A stretch of 28,686 bases of DNA from Paramicrosporidium saccamoebae KSL3 (lineage: Eukaryota; Fungi; Cryptomycota), in assembly GCA_002794465.1 (NCBI GenBank), contig MTSL01000037.1, positions 1 through 28,686 on the forward strand. Direction: 5' to 3'. This document shows, one piece after another, positions 20,229 to 28,231 of the stretch. How positions within the stretch are numbered: position 1 is the stretch's first letter; every line of letters begins with the position of its first letter. A program made the position numbers and the translations under genes. Under the pieces are notes generated by a model, which saw only the letters and a list, made by a program, of their open reading frames with translations, was not told the DNA's origin and ran no database searches.

Positions 20229-22078
20229 CTACAAATTACCGACAGTTTCGCCAATCTTTCCACTAACCCGAGGACTAAGCGACTCTAATCCAACCGGCTT
20301 CCCTTTGCCACGAATCGCATTCTTAATGGCCCGCGTTGCAAACACTGTCAGATTTAGTCTGGCCCAGTCCTCGTCCAAGAGGTCCCGTAAATCACCCACT
20401 GTGAGCAAATCTTCCGTCTTCAATTTGATCAGCCATTCATTGGCCTTTTCCACTGGACGATTGACCAGAGAGGCGACGTCTGAGATGAATTCTTCAATTA
20501 GACAATCATTGAGATATTCCTTGAGGGATGATTCTGAATCAAAGCTTTCTGAGGGTCTCAGATCCAAGTTGCTAACAGAAGTTCGTCTGTTTCCAGCCGA
20601 CAACAAGGCCACACTTGGACTTTCAACCGACACTGAAGCTACTCCTACCGGTTCAGAACGAATGAAACTCGTACCTCGTGCCAAAGAATCAGCATCATTA
20701 TCAAAGGTCCCGTGGCGCTGACGTGAGCGGCTGCGCGTGAGAGGCAACGAGATGGACGCAATAGTCTCATATTCAGATGGCACCCTTCGATGAGAGGACC
20801 GTTCCTCATTCCGTATAATATCCATGGGGGAGGACATTCCATGCTGCTCCTTGTTGTGGGAGGTCTTTACAATTTCACGTAAAATTCGATGAATCTCGTT
20901 ACAGACTAATCCCTGATATTTGGCACTCAGCACCTTTTCCTCAATCATCTCTTTGACAACATCCTCTGCAGTATCCATGTCCCGGTTGTATTCAAATTTT
21001 ATGGAATGCTTCTCCTGTCCCTTAAATAACACCTGCAGCTTGAGCTTTGTCTTGTTCTCAGCCGCCGACACAAGAATCACCTCTGGTTCTTCCAATAAAA
21101 AGGCATGTTCAGACAGCTTCTTGGCAGACCAACGATCATTCTCCGAGGCAAGACAGCTATTAATGACAGTGAGTATTTCCTTGTCATGCACCTTGACGAG
21201 ACATTCGGGCTTGACACCCTGCGAGACCTTTTTGTAAATCTGGGCGGCATTCTTGCATTCCGAGTATGGGTATTCGCCCGTGGACATTTCCAGCAGACAC
21301 ATTCCAAACGCATAAATGTCAACCTTTTCGTTATAGCCCTTTTCCTCGTACATCTCTGGCGCCATAAATTCAGGTGTTCCGATGACAGTGTATTTCTTGC
21401 CAAAACGCATCTTGGCCGTCCCCATATCGCCAATCTTCACCTCCCCATGCGATCCGTTTATAAAGATATTGTCGCACTTGATGTCGCGGTGGATGATGGG
21501 CGGGGAGTGCGAGTGCAAATAGATTAGTCCTTTGAGTATCTGTCGCGCCCAGCGCCGGATAATTTTAACATTCGGAGACTTTAGTTTCTTAATGTACCTA
21601 CAGCGTTAATATAGCGTTCATATAGCGGATGGCCTACTCTCGTAGAGTTCCTGATGTCATCAGCTCAGTGATAAATACAAACTCACCATTCGAGTACCAG
21701 GAATCATGGAATGTAATGATATTTGGATGACGCACCTTTTTCAAAATCTCCACCTCTTCGCTAAACTCATTAAACTCGGAGCGGGTGGTCTGGCAGCAAT
21801 TCCACGCTACCTCAATTCCCTCTTCTTTATCAATTGCCTTCCAAACAACCTTGTACGCCCCCTTGCCCAGTATTACATTCAACTACAAACTCAGCCCGTT
21901 CGATAATTGTTACTTTTCCATAGCGTCCATTAGGTCCGCCCCACTCCACAACACGCTCCGGCTCATGTGAGTGGCCCTTTTCATTTTCCTCTAGGTTGCG
22001 TTCCAGGCCATTCGGTTCGGCGACTGGTGCATCGTGGGGTTCTTGTTCACCTTTGGGGGTGCTCAGTGTCTTCTCCAT
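20229..22078 (-). CDS. WNK (with-no-lysine) family Ser/Thr kinase, 3 exons, about 592 aa
   Basis: Exons 22078-21914, 21882-21638, 21597-20229 sum to 1779 nt. Lys in the Gly loop ([10 protein letters not shown]) and VAWN at beta3; [18 protein letters not shown]; [13 protein letters not shown]; post-kinase [19 protein letters not shown] resembles the WNK autoinhibitory/CCT-like domain. Confidence 0.9.
21598..21637 (-). other. Spliceosomal intron, 40 nt (WNK intron 2)
   Basis: GTAGGC...ATTAACGCTGTAG; restores SGTLREYIKK. Confidence 0.9.
21883..21913 (-). other. Spliceosomal intron, 31 nt (WNK intron 1)
   Basis: GTAACA...GCTGAGTTTGTAG; GRYGK|LNVILGKG. Confidence 0.9.
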
Positions 22079-22205
22079 GGCCAATAAATACTGTGGATGG
22101 TGGACAGAGAGGGACGGGAACGAACCAAACAGCGTTCGCCTTTTGACTAGCTCTGATTAGTCCAAAACGGTCACATGCAATAACAAGGTTAATCTGTAAT
22201 ATTGG

Positions 22206-22838
22206 CTACACTAGTATGCCATAGTATTCCCTTTGTGCTGTAATAAATGAGCAACCGCTGGAAAGCTCCGGCCATTGCACAATAAACTTGTCAGAGAACA
22301 TGGTCATCAGTTTCCCCGAAAGCGACAGCTTTCTGGTCCGAGCAAAACTCTCAATGTAAACAATTTTTGACCTCTGTCTGAATCGAAACTATACCATTCA
22401 AGCGCAAAATCTAGAATCTTACAATCGAGACAATATATGCAGCAAAAGCAACACAGACACAAATCCCAGGTCCGTTGCATAAAATCTAATGCGTCAATTT
22501 CCTTGAGACTGACTGTACTAGGTCTATTTTTTCTGCCCACAATGTCCTGACACAATAGAATACAGTCCAGATTGTTGTGAATAGGGATGTAAAATATGAC
22601 TGTCCCACCTTTCTCGGTCTTGGCAAGTGCAACTTTGTGATCTCTCTGTTGTAACTTTGCCTGTAGCTATCGATCATCCGGAGTGCCAAATTGTCATCAT
22701 CGCACACAATAAAATGTGATGGCCTTAGGTCGCAATCCAGCTGCACGACCATTCTGAACATTTCTGCGGTATGCCCTCCTATCAATTATAGTCCATTGTC
22801 ACGGAAGCACCCGAGCCGAGCACTGCTGCTATCACCAT
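22206..22838 (-). CDS. ALG14: UDP-GlcNAc transferase subunit Alg14, 4 exons, 177 aa
   Basis: Exons 22838-22811, 22778-22519, 22485-22423, 22388-22206 sum to 534 nt. Joined protein has VLGSGGHTAEM, PRPRKVGQS, DLILCNGPG, VYIESFAR..LSLSGKL, FIVQWPEL, YYGILV*. Confidence 0.9.
22389..22422 (-). other. Spliceosomal intron, 34 nt (ALG14 intron 3)
   Basis: GTAAGA...CTTGAATGGTATAG; restores the frame to VYIESFAR. Confidence 0.88.
22486..22518 (-). other. Spliceosomal intron, 33 nt (ALG14 intron 2)
   Basis: GTACAG...ATTGACGCATTAG; DL|ILCNGPG. Confidence 0.9.
22779..22810 (-). other. Spliceosomal intron, 32 nt (ALG14 intron 1)
   Basis: GTGCTT...TATAATTGATAG; atypical donor; removal restores GSGGHT. 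Confidence 0.85.
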
Positions 22839-22865
22839 ACAATTCTCTATGATATAAGAAATCTA

Positions 22866-23222
22866 TTAAGCGCCAATCTCTTCATTATTCTGTCGGATAC
22901 GCATCTTATTTATCAGTCGCATCTCGGTGCGAGTAGGCAGTATGCCCTCTTTCTTGAAACGATAAGGATCGAGACGAGAGGGACGGACGGCCTCGGTGTG
23001 TAGCCATGCGGGGTATTCCGAGTCGGGAAGCGCAATGGGGTCCGGGCGACCGGCATAGACATTGACGTTTTTTAGTGGCTGGCCGATGGTGGCCGTGACA
23101 GTGACAACCTTCAAAGCTGCTGCCTTTTCCGCTTCGCGCACTAAAAATCATGTTGGAATGATAGGAATACAGGCATTGAGAGCCGCTTGCTTGGCAGAAA
23201 TGCTTGAAAATGCCCGAAGCAT
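22866..23222 (-). CDS. Mitochondrial ribosomal protein mL54 (yeast MrpL37 family), 2 exons, 108 aa
   Basis: Exons 23222-23171 and 23140-22866. Presequence-like MLRAFSSISAK; family-like motif LKNVNVYAGRPDPIALPDSEYPAWL. Confidence 0.8.
23141..23170 (-). other. Spliceosomal intron, 30 nt (mL54)
   Basis: GTATTC...CATGATTTTTAG; in-frame TGA if retained. Confidence 0.8.
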
Positions 23223-23420
23223 TAGTGGCCGTGTACCAGGGATACGGATAAAGAGTCTCTAACCGTGAGAGTACTTCCCGAGAGGTATGGATCCGGAATA
23301 AATGATCTGTTAGTGAACGAGGGCACATCGTTATTAAAAATGTCCTTATAGACGACATTTACTCTTGAAATTAGTTTGTACCGGAACACTAACCATCCAC
23401 AAACAACATTTATTGGAAAT

Positions 23421-25049
23421 TTAGTCCGTCTTTGCAATGTTCATGCGGGCAATTTCATCGGCCAAGTCTTCCTTCTCATCATCATCCTCATTATCGTCGT
23501 CAAGGGGTTCCTGGGTTTCAGCGTCCGATTCCTCGTCTTCACTGTAAAACTCCATATCACTCCAGTTATCAAGAATGTCGGCCCTCTGCTCTGTCTGTAA
23601 GGCCTCTTTGAGTGCATCGGCAGCGGTTCCAGTTGGATTGAAGCAATTTCCATTAAGCATCAGGACTTTGAGGCTAGTGAATTCGTGGAGATTCTTGGTG
23701 AGATGCTCAAGTCCCTGTTCGTCCATTTCGTTGTATTGAAGATTCAAAAGTTCGATGGGGCACTGGCTGGAGGCAAGACTGGTTATCACCATTTCACAAC
23801 CATCACTGCCAAGAAGACAGTCGCCGATATTCAGCACCTTCAAGGACTTTAGTTGTTTTAGGGCACGAGCAAATGCCTGAGACCCAGTGGAGGTAAAAGT
23901 ATTGTCTTGCAAATTCAGTTGGATGAGGGTGGGGTTGGCGGCAATTCCGTTTGAGAGTTCTGCAATTCCCTCGGGCCTGATGCCATTCTGAGGCAGAGCA
24001 ATTTCTTTCAATAGGCCGTGGGATTTAAAGGCCTCGCCCATAAGCGCTGACGATCCATTTTCGAGGCGGTTACGACCAATCTCTACACGACGCAGTGAAG
24101 ATTGTTTGCCAGCGTCAATGTTCAGCTTTTGGCAATTCAGCAAGGACTGGGCAATAATTTTCCCACCCTCAGGTCCAAGACCATTGTTGTTCAAAATCAA
24201 CTCTTGCAAGCCAGTGGCTTCTGAAAGCAGGACAGCAGCAGCCTTGGCACCAACGGGGCCAAATGCATTGTCACTATAATCAACCACCCTCAATGTGGAC
24301 TTGTTTTTCAATACCTGTCCAAATGCCTCTACAGCCACGTGCACCTCTTCCTTCATACGTCCGGTGAAACAGTCGTTCAGGTAAAATTCTTCAATGCTGT
24401 CACAACCAGCCAATGCCTCGGCGAGTGCCTTTGATGCATCAACGCCCAAAGTGTTTCCATTTAATTTGACCGTCTTCAATCCAGGATTGGCTTTGATCGT
24501 GGCGACATACTCAGCAACGTCGTCTGCACTGTTCAGCTTTAATTTTTGGTTAGCAATAGACAATTCTTGTAGGGCTGGCGCACTAGAGTCTTTTGACTCG
24601 TTCGTGGTTATAACTACTGGCTCGTCAGTGGCCACAACTATGGTTTCGCTGGTGACTGGAATGACTGCGTCGTCAGTTGTCACAACTACCATTTCGTCGG
24701 CTGGTAAGACTGGTGCTTCATCGGCGGATATAACCGCTGTTTCGTCGGCTGCCCCAAGTACTGTTTTGTCAGCGGGCATAACTGCCGTTTCATCGGTCGA
24801 CACAACTACTACTTCGTCAGCGGGCAAAACCACCACTTCCTTCTTGAGCGTCTCAACGACTACAGGCTTGTCGGTCTGGACTGATTCAGGAACCGTTGTA
24901 GACGCTTGCGATGGAGATGCCTCGTCCATGTTTCCACGCCCTACCTTACATTTACCAGCACACTTGCCAGAGTCTTTGCATGACTCTTTGGGAGTCTGTA
25001 CAGGTTGCTTGGCTTGCGACTTTGACGACTTGTTCAAGGAATTTCCCAT
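23421..25049 (-). CDS. RNA1: Ran GTPase-activating protein (Rna1/RanGAP1) with long N-terminal extension (542 aa)
   Basis: LRR core with LNGNTLG, DCFTGRMKEE, SDNAFGP, GRNRLEN, PQNGI, LQDNTF, GDCLL, LQYNE, LNGN, followed by an acidic tail. About 160 extra N-terminal residues. Confidence 0.9.
   Translation of the reverse strand: MGNSLNKSSKSQAKQPVQTPKESCKDSGKCAGKCKVGRGNMDEASPSQASTTVPESVQTDKPVVVETLKKEVVVLPADEVVVVSTDETAVMPADKTVLGAADETAVISADEAPVLPADEMVVVTTDDAVIPVTSETIVVATDEPVVITTNESKDSSAPALQELSIANQKLKLNSADDVAEYVATIKANPGLKTVKLNGNTLGVDASKALAEALAGCDSIEEFYLNDCFTGRMKEEVHVAVEAFGQVLKNKSTLRVVDYSDNAFGPVGAKAAAVLLSEATGLQELILNNNGLGPEGGKIIAQSLLNCQKLNIDAGKQSSLRRVEIGRNRLENGSSALMGEAFKSHGLLKEIALPQNGIRPEGIAELSNGIAANPTLIQLNLQDNTFTSTGSQAFARALKQLKSLKVLNIGDCLLGSDGCEMVITSLASSQCPIELLNLQYNEMDEQGLEHLTKNLHEFTSLKVLMLNGNCFNPTGTAADALKEALQTEQRADILDNWSDMEFYSEDEESDAETQEPLDDDNEDDDEKEDLADEIARMNIAKTD
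24597..24836 (-). repeat. Coding 24-bp (8-aa) degenerate tandem repeat, about 10 units, in the RanGAP N-extension
   Basis: PADEVVVV STDETAVM PADKTVLG AADETAVI SADEAPVL PADEMVVV TTDDAVIP VTSETIVV ATDEPVVI TTNESKDS; boundaries approximate. Confidence 0.85.
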
Positions 25050-25526
25050 TTACCGCCCTGGCAATTCAACTTGCTCATATTGTTTCCGAGTCAAATGTTT
25101 TTGAAGCAAGCTTATACCCTTAAACATCACCATTAGATTTCACTTTACTTAACACGGGGGCTAAAAATATTCTTGGATTTTCCTTGTCCAGGTGAACAGT
25201 TAAGCAAAAGTTGAGACTGCCGCTAGAGTTGACCCAAACATCCATGTAATGACGCCAAATAAAAACCAGCACCCTTATTGCATAGCAGCGAGTCGTCTCT
25301 TGATGCTCTTACACCCTACATGTGGCCGTAAAATGCCGCGCTCGATTCCATAATAGCAACAAAAACTTGCGCTGCGGTCAGTGTGGGCGATGTTGATGTC
25401 AGCAATAGCAAAGGTGGGATAGAGTTCCAGATGATCTGAATTTTGATGCTTACAGCATGATTGTGGCCAAGAGTAATGCCTAGTGAATTGGCGCAGGAAA
25501 TACAGATGGTAAAGGGTACGACTAGA

Positions 25527-26456
25527 TTATACGGGAGATGTTGGTTTGGATGTAGAAGGGGTTGCTTCTTGTTCAGACATGGTGGGGATAGTATTCTTTT
25601 CTAACTCCTTGACCATGGCAGCCTTTTCGAGTTTGACACAATCAAGCTCTCTTTCAACCATGGCAGCTTTTTCAGACTTGATAGGATCAGTCTCTCTTTC
25701 GATCATGGCAGCTTTTCTAGATTTAGCAAGATCAGCCTCCCTTTTGAGCGTGTCTGTCTCTCTTTCAGACATGGCAACCTCTTCAAATATAGGAGATGGA
25801 TGCGAATCAATAATGTATGGATCTGCTCTGTCCAAGTACCACAGATGCGGGATAAGGAGCAAGGTCAAGATTGTCGGAGGAAGGGGCCCGAATATCCACA
25901 GCACAAACAGAAAGGCAAGATAAAAGATTCGGGTCCCAGCCGTGTGAAAGTCGGCCCCTCTCCTAAGAATCTTTGCCACATATTGCGGAGTAAAGTGATG
26001 ACTCCTCGTCAAAGGTACTCCAAGCAAGTATCCAACATGATTTGATGCTCGCACACTCTGCATGTAGCAATAGAAAGCAACAGTAAAACACACGATTACA
26101 CCAAAAAACTTGTGGATCGGCCGCAGATAAGATGACGCCAACAAGTCCAATCCCAGCGGCCCATGGATATGAATCGTATTGATAAGGTATGCAGCCGTCA
26201 CAGCGCTCAGCGTAAGCGAAGTGGATGCTAGCAGGGATGACGACATGAGTGTATTCCTTATCGTCTGAATTGCCAGCAATTCCTTCCCCTCCTGCATCAC
26301 GGCCTGGCACCACAGTAATCTTGCCTCGTGATTGTGGCCCACCGTGGTATACATCGGCCGTCTTTTATATCGCTGCCAAAAGTACAGATGGTAGAGAACA
26401 TATGCCAAGAACGAACAGCCCACCAGCACGGGCTCTAAAACATCACCAACGACCAT
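25527..26456 (-). CDS. DUF599-like membrane protein (309 aa) with repetitive C-terminal tail
   Basis: From ATG 26456: TM segment LAYVLYHLYFW, then LAIQTIRNTLMSSSLLASTS, AFYCYMQSVR, G.RIFYLAF..LWIFGP, which I recognise as the DUF599 pattern. The 5' 140 codons of the ORF-track ORF are an antisense shadow of the neighbouring gene. Confidence 0.75.
   Translation of the reverse strand: MVVGDVLEPVLVGCSFLAYVLYHLYFWQRYKRRPMYTTVGHNHEARLLWCQAVMQEGKELLAIQTIRNTLMSSSLLASTSLTLSAVTAAYLINTIHIHGPLGLDLLASSYLRPIHKFFGVIVCFTVAFYCYMQSVRASNHVGYLLGVPLTRSHHFTPQYVAKILRRGADFHTAGTRIFYLAFLFVLWIFGPLPPTILTLLLIPHLWYLDRADPYIIDSHPSPIFEEVAMSERETDTLKREADLAKSRKAAMIERETDPIKSEKAAMVERELDCVKLEKAAMVKELEKNTIPTMSEQEATPSTSKPTSPV
25614..25772 (-). 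repeat. Coding 45-bp (15-aa) repeat in the DUF599 tail
   Basis: ATG-anchored units at 25772, 25706, 25661, 25616 (spacing 66, 45, 45): MSERETD...SRKAA, MIERETDPIKSEKAA, MVERELDCVKLEKAA, MVKE. Confidence 0.85.
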
Positions 26457-26510
26457 AACTAATTTTCCTAATTTGGAAGTAATCTTCTGGGCTGGGCCCC
26501 GGGGGACAGG

Positions 26511-27482
26511 ATGAGCCGGACAGAGGGGAAACATGCGGCGGTGGTATCGATTGAGGGAAGACGGGATGTGAAGCCAACAAGCAGTAGAGTCGGTAGGACA
26601 CTGCGCATAACGGGTGTGACAGTGGCGCTGGTTACGGTGGGATTTGCGGTCAACCTGCTCCAGATATTGGCCTCGCCAGTGGCCTTGATTTCTCGTCGAT
26701 TGGCACATAGCCTGAACTCGTACGTCACGTGGTTCGGTTGGACACTCTGCCAATACTTTGTGGAGGACCAAGACAACGTCAAATTGACTTTTTCTGGACT
26801 GGACGAGTTGCCTGAGGGCGAGAGTGCCTTTGTCATTGCCAACCACGCCTTCTTTGGGGACTTTTTCCTTACCCACGCCGTTGCTCGCAAAAAGGGAATG
26901 CTGTCCTACTGCCGGTATTTCCTGAAGGATTCAATCAAATATATTCCCGTGTTTGGATGGGGGATGTACTTTTGCAACATGATCTTCTTGAAGCGAGACT
27001 GGCAGCGCGATAATCGACGACTAGCGGGGGCAATTGGGCTGTACTTGGAATGCGAGCTTCCTATTTGGCTAGTGAGCCATGTGGAGGGACATCGCATGAA
27101 TCCCTCCAAACGGTTAGAAAGTCAGAAATACGCAAAGGCTCATGGTTTGCCAGTTTTGGAAAATGTCCTTTTGCCGCGTTGCAAGGGATTCGTTTCGACA
27201 ATTGCTGCGCTGCGCGGGTCTCATGTAAAGTATGTCTACGACATTACTGTTGCTTACCATCATCGTGTAAGAGGCTTCCTGGGGACACCATCGCTTGGCG
27301 AAGTTTTGTCTGGTGGATTGGACGACTATCAGTTCCATGCGCACGTGGAACGCATTCCAATCTCTCAACTGCCCTTGGATGAGCCGAATCTCAACAAATG
27401 GCTATATGATCTGTATGTAGAGAAGGACCGCTTACTTGCAAAGATCAAGGCTGCCTTTGAAGCCAAGGATAAGCGCACATAA
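26511..27482 (+). CDS. PlsC-family lysophospholipid acyltransferase (AGPAT3-5/LCLAT1-like), 323 aa
   Basis: NHAFFGD (NHx4D), FLKDSIKYIPVFGWGM, FLKRDW, EGHR, VLLPRCKGF, VYDITVAY; C-terminal KDKRT fits a KxKxx ER-retrieval signal. Confidence 0.88.
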   Translation: MSRTEGKHAAVVSIEGRRDVKPTSSRVGRTLRITGVTVALVTVGFAVNLLQILASPVALISRRLAHSLNSYVTWFGWTLCQYFVEDQDNVKLTFSGLDELPEGESAFVIANHAFFGDFFLTHAVARKKGMLSYCRYFLKDSIKYIPVFGWGMYFCNMIFLKRDWQRDNRRLAGAIGLYLECELPIWLVSHVEGHRMNPSKRLESQKYAKAHGLPVLENVLLPRCKGFVSTIAALRGSHVKYVYDITVAYHHRVRGFLGTPSLGEVLSGGLDDYQFHAHVERIPISQLPLDEPNLNKWLYDLYVEKDRLLAKIKAAFEAKDKRT

Positions 27483-27656
27483 GACTTGTTATTAAATAAT
27501 ACTGAATTGTGTGTTTGCAGTAAAAGCCCCTTAAAGCCGAGTTAAAGGCTGTTCGTATTAAAGGGTGTACGCCCTTTTATGGACAGCCATCCTTAATCTG
27601 ACTAGTGGGATGGTTTAAGCATTTCTCCACTCGCAGTCCTCTCAATGGCGCTTTTA

Positions 27657-28211
27657 TTAGAGAATGCAGTCTTTTGGGATTGGCGAATTGGTCAGACTTG
27701 GAGCAAATGTTTCTTTGTGTGCATCCTCGGCCTTGGTGTCGAATTGGCCGGCCACTCGCTCCCGCACGGGTGGCGGGGGCTTGGGAATTTCTAATCCGCT
27801 TAATTTTGAGATCCGGACGTGTCTATATCCACCCTTTCCGTCATCTACCCACCCCCAATTAATCTTGGTCGGTTTCCTAATCATTAGTACTAGTTGCCCG
27901 CATACTTTTTCTCCGGATCAAGGAGTGCTACCTTGGAGGCCTGTATGCCCTGTTCTATATTGTACACTGTCCCTCCCACTCTCTTTCGTGCAATGTTAAG
28001 CCCCTCTATGAGCACACGGTTCTCCCGCCGACGCACCTCAATGACCTTGCCCTGCGAACCCTCCAGTGGTCCATCCGAAACTTGCACCTACACTGTCAGT
28101 ACTGTGTGTTGTGGATACAATATCGCCGCGTACGATGCGCCATGTCTTTATCTGGTCCTTGGGCTTCACCTTGGGCACCAGCTTACCAAAGCGGAGTCCC
28201 CACTTTTCCAT
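27657..28211 (-). CDS. Mitochondrial ribosomal protein uL24m, 3 exons, 164 aa
   Basis: Exons 28211-28119, 28087-27906, 27876-27657 sum to 495 nt. KOW-type WRIVRGDIVQVSDGPLEGSQGKV, VLIEGLN, KVALLDP, RHVRISKLSGLEIPKP. Confidence 0.85.
27877..27905 (-). other. Spliceosomal intron, 29 nt (uL24m intron 2)
   Basis: GTATGC...ACTAATGATTAG; restores DPEKKKPTKI. Confidence 0.88.
28088..28118 (-). other. Spliceosomal intron, 31 nt (uL24m intron 1)
   Basis: GTATCC...ACTGACAGTGTAG; RGDI|VQV. Confidence 0.88.
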
Positions 28212-28231
28212 GTAAATGTTTATTCTTTTCG

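Noticed and set aside
20150-20240. Possible extra 3' intron(s) extending the WNK C-terminus (GTAATTTGTAGCTAAT...AG)
   Set aside because: Branch-to-AG spacing does not fit the 6-8 nt pattern and no recognisable peptide is gained. It cannot be excluded without cDNA.
24394-25104. 236-aa Ser/Thr-rich plus-strand ORF resembling a mucin or cell-wall protein
   Set aside because: It is the antisense shadow of the Asp/Glu/Val repeats of RanGAP, with no signal peptide.
26457-26876. 140-codon N-terminal extension of the 449-aa ORF (DUF599-like)
   Set aside because: It lies antisense to the conserved acyltransferase CDS and shows no family similarity; the DUF599 pattern starts at Met 26456.
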